Below are positions 37,867 to 48,829 of a stretch of 64,000 nt of DNA, piece after piece. Each line of letters opens with the position of its first letter. Positions within the stretch are counted from its first letter, which is position 1. Made by a program: the position numbers and the translations under genes. The notes under the pieces were generated by a model. The model was given only the letters and a program-made list of their open reading frames with translations, was not told the origin of the DNA and made no database searches. The DNA is from Candidatus Komeilibacteria bacterium (GTDB lineage Bacteria; Patescibacteriota; Patescibacteriia; UBA1558; UBA10009), in NCBI GenBank assembly GCA_030688315.1, contig JAUYIT010000037.1, forward strand, positions 3,348-67,347, given 5' to 3'.

Positions 37867-38064
37867 AAGGTTATTATATAGCATTGGTTTTTTTTTGTAA
37901 ATATTGACATAATCTATAAAATATGGTATCTTAATATATTAATTATCAGATCAGGGTTTTGCTCTTAAAATAAGGCATTTTAAGGCAAAATCTTGGTCTG
38001 ATTCTTGAGTCAGCCACCTGCGATCCGAATAGGTAAAATCGGATAGTGTACTTTTCATGAAAGG

Positions 38065-38649
38065 ATGATGACGATGTCAACGACATTGATCACGTCTAGA
38101 GACCCCAAAGGTCTCCATGCAGTTGGTCTCTTTGAGGCCGTTTACAACAAATTCGGTCTTAATGACCAGGGTGCGCAACGCTTAAATGAGCGTGGCGACG
38201 AGTTCCAGAACGGGATTAGGAAGCTCATTGCCGAATTATCGGCGATCTTCGATTTTGACAAGTCCAGGGACGGTTGGACTTTACTCGAAGATGACGCGAG
38301 CCCGCTTCCAGGCAATTTCTCAATCGAAGCCGTTGAGTTTCTCAAAGAAGGGGAAACGTGGATTTCTGGCGAAGAAATGACTCGCCGTGCTAAAGAGGAA
38401 TTAAATGCTGACTCAAGTCAGCATTTGGCCGAGTGGTTGTTGAAAAACCAGAGTAAGATCCCCGTAGAATTACGCGGGACTGTTCTGGTCTTTACGGCGA
38501 CCAAGTGGCAGGCGCTTGACGGCGACCGCAGCGTGGCTTTCCTCATCTGGGGTGGTGGGCGGTGGTACTTGTCCTTCTTCTGGCTCCACGACGGCTTAGG
38601 CAGTGACTTTCGTCTGGTCCGCCTGCGCGAGCAGCGCTTGGCTGCTTAG
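38065..38649 (+). CDS. Orphan protein with a DGR-variable-region-like C-terminus
   Basis: Own promoter TTGACA-17-TATCTT (37904-37932); A-depleted, NNC-rich last ~37 codons; long downstream hairpin 38701-38766. Confidence 0.75.
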   Translation: MMTMSTTLITSRDPKGLHAVGLFEAVYNKFGLNDQGAQRLNERGDEFQNGIRKLIAELSAIFDFDKSRDGWTLLEDDASPLPGNFSIEAVEFLKEGETWISGEEMTRRAKEELNADSSQHLAEWLLKNQSKIPVELRGTVLVFTATKWQALDGDRSVAFLIWGGGRWYLSFFWLHDGLGSDFRLVRLREQRLAA

Positions 38650-38876
38650 TTACTCTGTCCTTGGCCACGGGTCATCTGATCCTTGGATCCTTGGACACTC
38701 CCGACTTGCTGGGCTAGACATCTGTGTTCATAAAACACTTTTGTCTGGTCCAGCGGTCGGTTTTTTAATTTTTTATCCGTCAGTTTAGTGATTTATCGAC
38801 TTTAAGCGGGGGTTTACAAGCGCCTGATTTTTTGTTAAAATTAGACCATTAATTACCATATTTTTTTAGTCAAATT

Positions 38877-39494
38877 ATGAATATTTCCTACTATGGCTTA
38901 ACCTGCTTTAGGATTCAAAATAACGGGGCTTCGGTGTTGATTGATCCTTATGAAGATACCGTGGGCTTAAAACTGCCCCGGATGCAGAATGATTTGACCC
39001 TTTATACCAAAACTCCGGACAAGGCCAAAAGCGACCAAAGTTTTGCCATTACCGTGCCCGGCGAATATGAAGTCAAAGATATTTTTATTTACGCCATGCC
39101 GGTGGCCGCGAGCGGCGGCAATGCCGAAGGTCTGATTTATTTAATTGAAACCGAAGGCATTTATCTGGTTCATTTGGGCGCGCTTAAAAAAACCAAATTC
39201 AATGAACAGCAGCTGGAGCGTTTGAAAAATTTGGACATGCTGATGCTGCCGGTGGGCGGCGGTGATTGTTTAAGCGCCGACCAGGCCAGCGAGCTGATTG
39301 CCCAGCTGGAACCGCGTTTGGTTATTCCCATGAATTATCAATTGCCGGGTTTAAAGCAAAAACTGGAGCCGCTGGATAAGTTTAAGAAGGCGATTGGCGG
39401 TAATTTTGAAACCATGGATAAGCTAAAAATCAGCCGTAAGGATTTGCCGGAAGAAGACGCTAACTACGTGATTATTGAGCCATCCGCCAGTTAA
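38877..39494 (+). CDS. MBL-fold protein (beta-lactamase-like, degenerate metal motif)
   Basis: ISYYGLTCFRI, LIDPY, PGEYEVKD, MLPVGG, VIPMNY. Confidence 0.85.
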   Translation: MNISYYGLTCFRIQNNGASVLIDPYEDTVGLKLPRMQNDLTLYTKTPDKAKSDQSFAITVPGEYEVKDIFIYAMPVAASGGNAEGLIYLIETEGIYLVHLGALKKTKFNEQQLERLKNLDMLMLPVGGGDCLSADQASELIAQLEPRLVIPMNYQLPGLKQKLEPLDKFKKAIGGNFETMDKLKISRKDLPEEDANYVIIEPSAS

Positions 39495-39496
39495 GT

Positions 39497-39850
39497 ATGA
39501 ACAAGCCCACCCCGCAACAACATAAGGAAATGTGGGTGTACATCGTAATTCTGACCGTGGCGATTTTGATTTTATGGGGCTATTTTTTTAAAAATTACTG
39601 GCTCAAGACCGCGGTTAAAGAGGAGGCGGATCCCCAGCAAAAAAGCTGGTCGGAGATGGTGGCCGAAATCAAACAGTCGGTCAGCCAGGGTAGTGAGGTT
39701 TTTAAACAAGTTAAGGAGGAGTTAAAAGATTTGTCTTTGCCAATTGAGGCGTCTGTCGGCAACAGCGCGGCTACCAGCAGTACTTCCAGCGCCGCGCAAC
39801 TTGAAATGATTAATAAACTTAAAATAAAACTAGAAGAAAATAAAAAATAA
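39497..39850 (+). CDS. Hypothetical single-TM protein
   Basis: N-terminal TM; in operon before gyrA. Confidence 0.7.
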   Translation: MNKPTPQQHKEMWVYIVILTVAILILWGYFFKNYWLKTAVKEEADPQQKSWSEMVAEIKQSVSQGSEVFKQVKEELKDLSLPIEASVGNSAATSSTSSAAQLEMINKLKIKLEENKK

Positions 39851-39854
39851 ATAT

Positions 39855-39950
39855 ATGATGAAGCATTTATCACCCATCATTATTACGGCTCTGTCCATCG
39901 GCGCGTTCGCGGTGCTGGTGGCCGTGGTTACCTTGGCTTACGGCCGGTAA
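39855..39950 (+). CDS. 31-aa single-TM microprotein (not in ORF track)
   Basis: MMKHLSPIIITALSIGAFAVLVAVVTLAYGR*; starts 4 nt after the previous stop. Confidence 0.6.
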   Translation: MMKHLSPIIITALSIGAFAVLVAVVTLAYGR

Positions 39951-40020
39951 AACAGGATAAATATTCATGATTAATAACCTGAACTTCGTTTTTTAGTCGT
40001 TGGCTTTAGTATTTAATTTT

Positions 40021-42537
40021 ATGGCAAAACAATCAGACAAGAAAGATAAAGACAAGGAAATTTTTCAGGCCTTAGTGGGCGATGAACTGATCAACAATCA
40101 GGGCCGTTTGGAAATTCAGCCGATTACCGAGGAAATGAAAACTTCCTATTTGGATTACGCTATGTCGGTTATTGTGGCCCGCGCTCTGCCTGACGTGCGC
40201 GATGGCTTAAAGCCGGTGCACAGGCGCATTTTGTATGCCATGTGGACCATTGGGCTTAAGGCCGGCGCCAAGTTCCGCAAATCCGCCACCGTGGTCGGTG
40301 AAGTTTTGGGTAAGTACCATCCGCACGGCGACGTGGCCGTGTATGATACCTTGGTCAGAATGGCCCAGGATTTTGCCATGCGCTATCCCTTGGTCAACGG
40401 TCAGGGTAACTTTGGCTCCATGGACGGCGACGGCGCGGCCGCTATGCGTTATACCGAAGCCAAGCTGACTCATTTATCCGAAGAACTTTTATTTGACTTG
40501 GATAAGGATACAGTAAAATTTATTCCTAACTACGACGGTTCGCATTTGGAACCAACAGTGTTGCCTGCCAAACTGCCTAACTTGCTGTTAAACGGTTCCG
40601 TGGGTATTGCCGTGGGTATGGCCACCAACATTCCGCCCCATAATTTATCAGAATTGATTGACGGCATTACCCATCTTATTGATCACCCTAACGCCGGGGT
40701 TGATGATTTAATGCAGTTTGTTAAAGGCCCGGATTTTCCGACCGGCGCCACTATTTACAATATTAATGAAATTAAAGCCGCCTACGCCACCGGCAAGGGC
40801 GGTATTGTGATGCGCGCCAACGCCGAGATTGTGGAAGCCAAGGGCGGCACTTTTAACATCGTGGTTACCGAGATTCCTTATCAGGTTAACAAGGCCACTT
40901 TGGTGGAAAAAATCGCCGAACTGGTTAAGGATAAAAAAATTGAAGGCATCAGGGATTTGCGCGACGAATCGGACCGTGAAGGCGTGCGGGTGGTGGTAGA
41001 ACTTAAAAAAGAGGCCTACCCTAAAAAAGTTTTAAACGCCTTGTACAAGCATACGCAATTGCAGGAAACTTTCCACGTTAATTTACTGGCTTTGGTGGAT
41101 GGGATTCAGCCCAAGGTGCTGACCCTAAAAATTATTTTGGAAGAATACATCAAGCACCGTCAGGCGGTCATTAGGGCGCGCACCTTGTTTGATTTAAATA
41201 AAGCCAAGGATCGGGCGCACATTTTGGAAGGGTTAGTAATGGCTTTGGAAGATATTGATCAGATAATTTCCACCATTAAAAAATCCAAAGATAAAGAAGA
41301 CGCCAAGGTTAATTTGATTAAAAAATTCAAACTTTCCGAACGGCAGGCCTTGGCGATTTTGGAAATGCGCCTACAGCAACTGGCTAACCTAGAGCGTTTG
41401 CGGGTAGAAGAAGAATTAAAAGAAAAGAAAAAACTGATTAAAGAATTGGAAGCTATTCTAAAAGATACTCAGCGTATTTTAGGTATTATTAAAACCGAAC
41501 TGGCCGAAATTAAAACCAAGTACGGCGATGAACGCCGGACCAAGATTGTTAAAGGCGCGGTGGGTACGTTTTCGGCTGAAGATTTAATTCCTAACGAATC
41601 AACCGTGGTTATGGTAACCACCGATGGCTACATCAAGCGTTTACCGCCCGACACGTTTAAAGTTCAAGAACGTGGCGGCAAGGGCGTCATCGGCCAAACC
41701 ACCAAGGAAGAAGACACTGTGGAACATTTATTCTCCACCACCACTCACGCCGATTTAATGTTCTTTACCAGCCGCGGCCGTTTGTTCCAAACCAAGGCCT
41801 ACGAAATTCCGGCCGCCAGCCGCACGGCCAAGGGTCAGGCCATTGTTAACTTCCTCCAGCTTTCACCGGAAGAAAAAGTAACGGCCGTGCTATCCAACGA
41901 GGACATGACCGCCTTTAAATACCTGGTGATGGTTACCATTGAAGGCGTGATTAAAAAAGTGGGTATTGATAAATTTGAAAACGTGCGCCGGAGCGGTTTA
42001 ATTGCCATTAAGCTTAAGGGCAACGACCAGTTAAAATGGGTCAAGCCCTCCACCGGCAAAGATAACATCATTCTGGTTACCGCCCAGGGCCAAGCCATTA
42101 GGTTTAAGGAAGACGGCATTAGGGAAATGGGTCGTGGCGCTTCAGGCGTGCGGGGCATTAAGCTTAAAAAATCCGGCGATGAAGTAGTGGGTATGGATAT
42201 TTTGGATCAGGGCAAGGCCGGTACCGATGAACAACTGCTGGTGGTTTTGGAAAACGGTTTTGGCAAACGAACCGATCTTAAAGAATACAAAATTCAGGGC
42301 CGGGGCGGCAGCGGCATTAAAACCGCTTCCGTAACGCCAAAAACCGGCAAGCTGGTTTCGGCCTTTATCGTCAATGCCAAGCGTTCCAGCGAGGATCTGA
42401 TTATTATGGCGCAAAAAGGCCAGGTGATCCGGATGCCGCTCAAGTCCGTTTCGGTGATTGGCCGGGCCACTCAAGGCGTGCGCCTAATGAGATTTAAAGA
42501 AGAAGGCGATAAAGTGGCTTCGGTTACTTTTGTTTAA
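40021..42537 (+). CDS. gyrA: DNA gyrase subunit A
   Basis: [22 protein letters not shown], GyrA box QERGGKG. Confidence 0.99.
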   Translation: MAKQSDKKDKDKEIFQALVGDELINNQGRLEIQPITEEMKTSYLDYAMSVIVARALPDVRDGLKPVHRRILYAMWTIGLKAGAKFRKSATVVGEVLGKYHPHGDVAVYDTLVRMAQDFAMRYPLVNGQGNFGSMDGDGAAAMRYTEAKLTHLSEELLFDLDKDTVKFIPNYDGSHLEPTVLPAKLPNLLLNGSVGIAVGMATNIPPHNLSELIDGITHLIDHPNAGVDDLMQFVKGPDFPTGATIYNINEIKAAYATGKGGIVMRANAEIVEAKGGTFNIVVTEIPYQVNKATLVEKIAELVKDKKIEGIRDLRDESDREGVRVVVELKKEAYPKKVLNALYKHTQLQETFHVNLLALVDGIQPKVLTLKIILEEYIKHRQAVIRARTLFDLNKAKDRAHILEGLVMALEDIDQIISTIKKSKDKEDAKVNLIKKFKLSERQALAILEMRLQQLANLERLRVEEELKEKKKLIKELEAILKDTQRILGIIKTELAEIKTKYGDERRTKIVKGAVGTFSAEDLIPNESTVVMVTTDGYIKRLPPDTFKVQERGGKGVIGQTTKEEDTVEHLFSTTTHADLMFFTSRGRLFQTKAYEIPAASRTAKGQAIVNFLQLSPEEKVTAVLSNEDMTAFKYLVMVTIEGVIKKVGIDKFENVRRSGLIAIKLKGNDQLKWVKPSTGKDNIILVTAQGQAIRFKEDGIREMGRGASGVRGIKLKKSGDEVVGMDILDQGKAGTDEQLLVVLENGFGKRTDLKEYKIQGRGGSGIKTASVTPKTGKLVSAFIVNAKRSSEDLIIMAQKGQVIRMPLKSVSVIGRATQGVRLMRFKEEGDKVASVTFV

Positions 42538-42639
42538 TTCATTGTTAATGATAAAAACGGTCTTGGCAAACCTTGACCGTTTTTAGTTTAAAAAAAGAGG
42601 CAGATTGTTGTCTGCCTCAGGTGATGATTGTGCCGTCCT

Positions 42640-42876
42640 TTAAGCGGCTAGGCCGGTCGCCTCCTTGGCGGCCGGGAAATAGGCGATTAACTTTTTAGGG
42701 TCGATCGGAATTTTTGGATGCGGGCATTGCCCGCATGCAGGAAATTTATGAATGAATGAATGAACTTCATTTTGTTCACCTTCGCCCCTCGCCTCTCGAA
42801 TGGGGCAGGGCAAGGGCTGTCCATTGTTGTTTTCCCCCAAAACGCAATGGACAATAGGGAAACCTCTGCAAGCCAT
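42640..42876 (-). CDS. Small Cys-rich hypothetical protein
   Basis: AAGGAGG SD; TTGACA-16-TATACT (42921-42948); CGQC; terminator at 42590-42618. Confidence 0.6.
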   Translation of the reverse strand: MACRGFPIVHCVLGENNNGQPLPCPIREARGEGEQNEVHSFIHKFPACGQCPHPKIPIDPKKLIAYFPAAKEATGLAA

Positions 42877-43056
42877 CAAGATCCTCCTTGATTATTGGAT
42901 ATGAGATTTGGCTTGTAAACAGTATAAAGCAATTTATCCCTTTGTCAAACAGTTTCAGTGTGCTTAATATTACTACAAAATTCGGACTTGCCAAAAATTT
43001 AAGGATTTGCTAGATTAAAGAAGCGTTTTTAAATTTTTTAACCATTACTATTCAAT

Positions 43057-44037
43057 ATGATGACCATCAAGCAAATTTACGATCTGGCTATTGAGCTGGG
43101 CATTAAGCACGATTTAAGAGGTTCCGGTTTGGTAAAGAATAAACTTGAACGGCTTAAAAAACGTTATGCCGCTTTAAACGAAGCGGAAAAACGGGAATAT
43201 GATACCGACCGCCTGACCAACCCTTTTTCCGATACCCGTTTTTGGGGCGAACCCGATAAAAAAGTCAGCCGCATCATGGCTGGCATTGATATTGAGGTTT
43301 CCGATCTGCTGTTGGCGAAAGAGCTTAGCAAAGATAAACCGATTGATTTGGTGTTAGCTCACCACCCCATTGGCGTGGCTTTGGCTGGTTTGCACGAAGT
43401 GATGGATTTACAGGTTGAATTGATGGCTAAGTACGAAATCCCTATTAACGTGGCTGAAAATTTGACCCATATCCGCATGAGCGAGGTTTCGCGCGGTATT
43501 TCCGCCGTTAACCACAATCGCGTGATTGACGCGGCCAAATTGTTAGGCATGAATGTGATGTGCACCCATACTCCCACCGACAACTTGGTAGCTGATTATC
43601 TGGATAAAGAAATTAAAGCGCATCTTAAGCATATTGAAAACGTCGGCGATTTAATGGCCGTCATCAAGCAACAGCCCGAGTATCAGGAAGCGGCCAGGCA
43701 AAAATCCGGCCCGCGTTTGTTCTGCGGTAAAAAATCCAATTACACCGGTAAAATCGCTTTAACCGAAATTACCGGCGGCACCGAAGGCAGTAAGGAAATT
43801 TACCAATATTTGGCGCGCGCCGGCATCGGCACCATTGTGGGCATGCACATGAAGGAAGAAAACCGTTTGGAAGCGGAGCGGGCCCACTTGAATATCGTGA
43901 TTGCCGGGCACATGTCTTCCGACTCTTTGGGCATGAATTTATTTTTGGATGAATTGGTCAAAAGGGGTGTGGAAGTTATTCCCTGTTCCGGTTTAATCAG
44001 ATGTTCCAGGATAAAAAAGAACTCGGGTAAAAAATAA
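43057..44037 (+). CDS. Nif3-like (NGG1p-interacting factor) metal-binding protein
   Basis: AHHP, HTPTDN, IAGHMSSDSLG. Confidence 0.85.
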   Translation: MMTIKQIYDLAIELGIKHDLRGSGLVKNKLERLKKRYAALNEAEKREYDTDRLTNPFSDTRFWGEPDKKVSRIMAGIDIEVSDLLLAKELSKDKPIDLVLAHHPIGVALAGLHEVMDLQVELMAKYEIPINVAENLTHIRMSEVSRGISAVNHNRVIDAAKLLGMNVMCTHTPTDNLVADYLDKEIKAHLKHIENVGDLMAVIKQQPEYQEAARQKSGPRLFCGKKSNYTGKIALTEITGGTEGSKEIYQYLARAGIGTIVGMHMKEENRLEAERAHLNIVIAGHMSSDSLGMNLFLDELVKRGVEVIPCSGLIRCSRIKKNSGKK

Positions 44038-44040
44038 TTA

Positions 44041-44187
44041 AAAAGGCCTTGCCACAATGGTCATTGCGAGGAGCGAGATCCCTCGCTTGCGCTCGGGACA
44101 GGCTCCGCAATCCCGATGTTTATACCAGTACAACGGGATTGCCGCGCCCCTTTGGGGCTCGCAAAGACGGTGTCAGCAAGGCCTTTT
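44041..44187. repeat. Nested palindromic repeat copy R4
   Basis: aaaaggccttgc...gtcattgcgag...tgtttatacca...ctcgcaaagac...gcaaggcctttt. Confidence 0.93.
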
Positions 44188-44218
44188 CTTTTTGTCATAA
44201 AAATGTTAAATTTTGAAC

Positions 44219-45241
44219 ATGTCAGAAGAAAGAATCATTTCCGCGGCGGCCAAAAGCGAGGATCAGGCCTTTGACGCCACTTTGCGGCCGCAAAATTTGG
44301 CCGAATATTTTGGCCAGCAAAAAATCAAGGACAATCTTGATATTTTTATGAATGCCGCCAAACAGCGGCAGGAACCCATCGAGCATGTGTTGCTGTACGG
44401 CCCGCCAGGGTTGGGCAAAACCACTTTGGCGCACATTATTGCCCATGAGATGGGGGTTAACATTAGGGTTACTAGCGGGCCGGCTATTGAACGCGCCGGC
44501 GATTTGGCGGCCATTTTAACCAATCTCCAGCCCGGTGATATTTTGTTTATCGATGAAATTCACCGCCTTAACAAAGTAATTGAAGAAGTGCTGTACCCGG
44601 CCATGGAAGATTACGCTTTGGATATTGTGATCGGCAAAGGCCCTTCGGCTAGAACTCTGCGTTTGGATTTGCCTAAGTTCACTATCATCGGCGCCACCAC
44701 TAGATACAATTTACTCTCTTCGCCTTTGCGCGATCGATTTGGCGTTACTCACCGTTTGGATTATTACCAGCATCCGGAAATAGAGCAAATCTTGAACCGC
44801 AGCGCCAAGATTTTAAAAATTGAATTAAACCCCGAAGCCACCGGTTTACTGGCTTCGCGATCGCGCTTAACGCCCAGAATCGCCAATCGGTTACTTAAGA
44901 GAGTTAGGGATTTTGCGCAAGTCAAAGGCAATGGCCAGATCAGTACCGATTTAGCTAATGAGGCCTTACGTTTGATGGATGTGGACGAACAGGGTTTGGA
45001 TTATCTGGATCGTCGGATTTTGGAAACCATTATCAATAAATTCAAAGGCGGACCGGTCGGCCTCAATTCAGTGGCGGCCGCGGTGCAGGAAGAAGAAGGC
45101 ACCATTGAAGAAATTTACGAACCGTATTTAATGCAACTCGGCTTTTTAATGCGCACCCCCCGCGGCCGCATTGTTAGCGAACTGGGTTACCGCCATTTGG
45201 GATTGGAAGTTCCGGGTGAATTGCAGGCCAAGTTGATTTAG
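44219..45241 (+). CDS. ruvB: Holliday junction helicase RuvB
   Basis: [33 protein letters not shown]. Confidence 0.99.
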   Translation: MSEERIISAAAKSEDQAFDATLRPQNLAEYFGQQKIKDNLDIFMNAAKQRQEPIEHVLLYGPPGLGKTTLAHIIAHEMGVNIRVTSGPAIERAGDLAAILTNLQPGDILFIDEIHRLNKVIEEVLYPAMEDYALDIVIGKGPSARTLRLDLPKFTIIGATTRYNLLSSPLRDRFGVTHRLDYYQHPEIEQILNRSAKILKIELNPEATGLLASRSRLTPRIANRLLKRVRDFAQVKGNGQISTDLANEALRLMDVDEQGLDYLDRRILETIINKFKGGPVGLNSVAAAVQEEEGTIEEIYEPYLMQLGFLMRTPRGRIVSELGYRHLGLEVPGELQAKLI

Positions 45242-45457
45242 AAAAATAAAAGACGCGCTTAGGCGCGTTTTTGAATTTGACAATTTTTTTGCTTGGAATA
45301 TACTAAAAATATTGTTCATTTCTCATAACAATAGAATTTAGGCAACCATAGCCAAAAACGGCTGAAGTTCGGCCACTTTTGGCTATGGTTGCCTAGTAAG
45401 TTCCCTTGGGAATATACCAAAGCTGACCATAGCGTCAATCATAATTCGGAGCGAGAG

Positions 45458-45850
45458 ATGTTTTTAATAACTCGTCCTGGCGATATTTCAATAAAAAAGG
45501 GTGAGAATATTTTCTTAAACCCTGTTGATCTCGCCATTGAGTTTTGTAAGTTGGCGGAGGAGTCGCTTAAACAGAACGATCGAACAGACCAGGATTACTT
45601 TGACCTCGCCATAGAGTCGGTAAAAACGCTGGCTGATCGAGTCAGCATCGTATACGGAGGCGAATCGGCTTTGGTAATGCAAAGCGAATATCGCTTTATT
45701 TTTGAACAAATCGAGTCGGCAAGCCGGACAGGCGATGTTGAAAGTATCAGGGCCGCAATACGGATCCTGGAATATATTCGCCAGCAGACGCTGACATTCA
45801 TTGCCGCGGCTAGGGACTATCCAGGTGGATATTCCGCTGCTGTCGCATGA
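45458..45850 (+). CDS. Hypothetical helical protein (orphan unit)
   Basis: TTGACA-16-TATACT (45277-45304), leader hairpin 45340-45394, GGAG SD, terminator at 45869-45920. Confidence 0.6.
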   Translation: MFLITRPGDISIKKGENIFLNPVDLAIEFCKLAEESLKQNDRTDQDYFDLAIESVKTLADRVSIVYGGESALVMQSEYRFIFEQIESASRTGDVESIRAAIRILEYIRQQTLTFIAAARDYPGGYSAAVA

Positions 45851-45949
45851 TCGGAAGCAAACAACCAACCGGACCAGTTAAAGTGTTCATGAGAATGCTT
45901 TAACCGGTCCGGCATTTTTTATTTTATTGAAATATGATAGTATTCCTAA

Positions 45950-46978
45950 ATGAAATTATCGGATTTTGATTATCATTTGCCTCAACAATTAATTGCTCAA
46001 AAGCCGGTTAGCCCGCGCGATCATTCGCGTTTGATGGTTTTGGACAAGAAAAAAAAGACGATTATTCATCGTCATTTTTATGATCTGCCGGATTACCTCA
46101 ATAAAGGCGATGTTCTGGTTTTGAATAATACTAAGGTTTTTCCGGCTCGCTTGATGGGCCATAGAAAAGACACAGGCGGTCAAGTTGAAGTATTTTTGTT
46201 AAGGGAGTCAGGTCGCGGAGTATGGGAAGTATTAATCGGCAACAGGAGAAAAAAGGTTGGTCAGGTAATTCAGTTCGGTAAAGGGTTGGAGTGTCAGATC
46301 ATCAAGCAAATTGACGCGTCAATTTGGCAAGTCAGATTTAATCAATCAGGCAGTCGTTTTGACAAATTGGTTGAGGCCTTGGGCCAAATTCCTTTGCCGC
46401 CTTACATCAAATCGTCTGAAAAAAAGAGTAAACTGCAGGGTCAGTATCAAACCGTTTATGCTAAAACCAAAGGATCAGTAGCGGCGCCTACGGCGGGTTT
46501 TCATTTTACCAAACCCCTGTTGATCAAACTAAAGAAAAAAGGCGTGCAAATTGAATATGTCACTTTACACGTCGGCCTCGGCACCTTTGCCCCGGTTAAA
46601 GTTAATGATATTAAAAAGCATCAGATGCACAGCGAGTGGGCGAGTATTGATAAAAAAACGGCTGAACGTCTTAATCAGGCTAAACGCCAAGGCCATCGGA
46701 TTATTGCCGTGGGTACAACTTCCAGTAGAACTCTAGAATCTTTTGCTGGCAAAGGTAAAATCAAATCAGGTAATCAATGGACAAATATCTTTATTTACCC
46801 GGGCTACCAATTCAAATTCGTTGACTCGATGATTACCAATTTTCATTTGCCCAAGAGCACATTGATGATGTTAATCTCGGCTTTAGCCGGTCGGTCATTT
46901 ATTCTTAAGGCCTATCAAGAGGCGGTTAAAAAAAGTTACCGTTTTTACTCTTTTGGCGACGCGATGTTTATTACATAA
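45950..46978 (+). CDS. queA: S-adenosylmethionine:tRNA ribosyltransferase-isomerase
   Basis: LNNTKVFPARL, PLPPYI, AAPTAGFHF, TNFHLPKST, YRFYSFGDAM. Confidence 0.98.
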   Translation: MKLSDFDYHLPQQLIAQKPVSPRDHSRLMVLDKKKKTIIHRHFYDLPDYLNKGDVLVLNNTKVFPARLMGHRKDTGGQVEVFLLRESGRGVWEVLIGNRRKKVGQVIQFGKGLECQIIKQIDASIWQVRFNQSGSRFDKLVEALGQIPLPPYIKSSEKKSKLQGQYQTVYAKTKGSVAAPTAGFHFTKPLLIKLKKKGVQIEYVTLHVGLGTFAPVKVNDIKKHQMHSEWASIDKKTAERLNQAKRQGHRIIAVGTTSSRTLESFAGKGKIKSGNQWTNIFIYPGYQFKFVDSMITNFHLPKSTLMMLISALAGRSFILKAYQEAVKKSYRFYSFGDAMFIT

Positions 46979-47148
46979 TTCATAAAAAACAAAAATCGGT
47001 TATTAGCCGATATTTTGTTTTTGTTTTTGTTATTCTTAGCGAACCCTATGATTGCTAAATCTTGATCTATTTTGGATAGTTGATCAAAAGTTTTAGTCCC
47101 TTTTTATTATAAGGTTCACTGTGAATTTTAAAAGAACTTGATACTTAG

Positions 47149-47364
47149 TTAATCGGCCAAAGCCAGGTAGCCGTCATTCAGCCATTCGGTCACTTGCAGT
47201 TGGTTGACTTCGCCCATTAGGGGAGGCAGTTCCTGAGCCAGTACTTTTTGGCTGTTGCCCCATTTTTCGCCGGCAATTACCAAACCTTTGGAAACGCCCA
47301 CAATAATCAGCAGGCACATCAGGAGTAGTAAAGCGGGGTGTAAATTTTTAGCCGGGTTGGGCAT
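47149..47364 (-). CDS. Small hypothetical membrane protein
   Basis: N-terminal TM; minus promoter TTGATT-17-TATAAT near 47533-47561. Confidence 0.45.
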   Translation of the reverse strand: MPNPAKNLHPALLLLMCLLIIVGVSKGLVIAGEKWGNSQKVLAQELPPLMGEVNQLQVTEWLNDGYLALAD

Positions 47365-47567
47365 ATGATTGGGAATAAAAAATGCTCTGACACAAAATCA
47401 AAGCACAAAAAGATAATTAGCGTAGGTTGTATCAAAGTCCGAGAATTTTTTCGAGCTTTGATTTTTTGTGTTTGTTTTGTATTTTTCGGCCAGAGGCCGA
47501 TAAATGTTGGGGTTTTCACCTCAACATATGTATTATAGCATACTTTGAGGCAAAAATCAAGCCCCTG

Positions 47568-48620
47568 TTACTTGTTGAACAGGAAGTAGGTGGTGTCGCC
47601 GTCTTTCATTTCGTAATTCTTACCTTCGGTTTTAACCAAGCCGAGTTCTTTGGCCTTGGCTTCGCCGCCAGCTTCGATCAAATCATGCCAGTTAACTATT
47701 TCCGCCCGCACAAAGCCCTGTTCAAAATCGGTATGGATTACCCCGGCGGCTTGCGGCGCCAGAGTTCCCTTGGTGATGGTCCAAGCATGAGATTCGGTCG
47801 GTCCGGCCGTAAAAAAGGTAATCAAATTTAACAACTGATAAGATTTAACAATCAGCTTATCAAGTCCGGTTTGGGTTAAGCCGGTGGCTTCCAGATATTC
47901 CTTGATTTCTTCATCTGTTAAAGCGGCCAGCTCGGCTTCCAGTTTAGCGCAAATTTTTAACCGTCCATCGTCAGCGCCCATTTCATTTTCATCAACATTG
48001 TAAACATACATGACCGGTTTGGACGTCAGCAAATTTAATTCTTTGACGTAATGTTCATCTTCCTTATCAACTTTGATTCCATTGGCAAATTTTTCCTGTT
48101 CTAACAGCTGTTGCAATTCTTTTAAAATTTCAATATTTTTTGCCAATTCCTTAACCGCGGGGCCTTTGCTTTGTTTTTCCAAAGTGCTCAAGCGTTTGCT
48201 GACCGTATCCAAATCGGCCAAAATCAATTCCAGGTTGATGGTTTTAATATCATCAGCCGGATCAATTTTACCGGCCACGTGGATAATGTCGTCATTTTTA
48301 AAATCGCGCACCACTTCAATGATGGCATCCACCTCGCGGATGTGGGCTAAAAATTTATTGCCCAAGCCCTCACCCAACGAAGCGCCTTTAACCAAGCCGG
48401 CAATATCCACAAATTCAATGGTGGTGGCCACGGTTTTGGCGGAAGCGTAAAGTTTGGTTAGTTGCGTCAGCCGATCGTCAGGCACGGCCACCACGCCCAC
48501 ATTGGGTTCAATGGTGCAAAAAGGATAATTCTGACAGTCAACTTGTTTTTTGGTGATGGCGGTAAACAGGGTTGATTTGCCCACGTTGGGCAGGCCCACA
48601 ATACCGATGGAAAATGACAT
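47568..48620 (-). CDS. ychF: Ribosome-binding ATPase YchF
   Basis: [34 protein letters not shown]. Confidence 0.98.
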   Translation of the reverse strand: MSFSIGIVGLPNVGKSTLFTAITKKQVDCQNYPFCTIEPNVGVVAVPDDRLTQLTKLYASAKTVATTIEFVDIAGLVKGASLGEGLGNKFLAHIREVDAIIEVVRDFKNDDIIHVAGKIDPADDIKTINLELILADLDTVSKRLSTLEKQSKGPAVKELAKNIEILKELQQLLEQEKFANGIKVDKEDEHYVKELNLLTSKPVMYVYNVDENEMGADDGRLKICAKLEAELAALTDEEIKEYLEATGLTQTGLDKLIVKSYQLLNLITFFTAGPTESHAWTITKGTLAPQAAGVIHTDFEQGFVRAEIVNWHDLIEAGGEAKAKELGLVKTEGKNYEMKDGDTTYFLFNK

Positions 48621-48829
48621 AGTTTAATCAATAATTGAACATAGGATAACGGATTAGACCGTTTTTGTCCAGCTTGAATACAAAAAGAAAGAGCGCCTTC
48701 TAAGGACGAAACCTTAGATGACGCTCTTTCATAGAAATCTAATATTAGATTATCATTTCTATATTTTTTGTCAAGTGGATAATATAACATGTTGCCTTAA
48801 ATTGTTTTTACGGCTATAATTCCTGTCAT

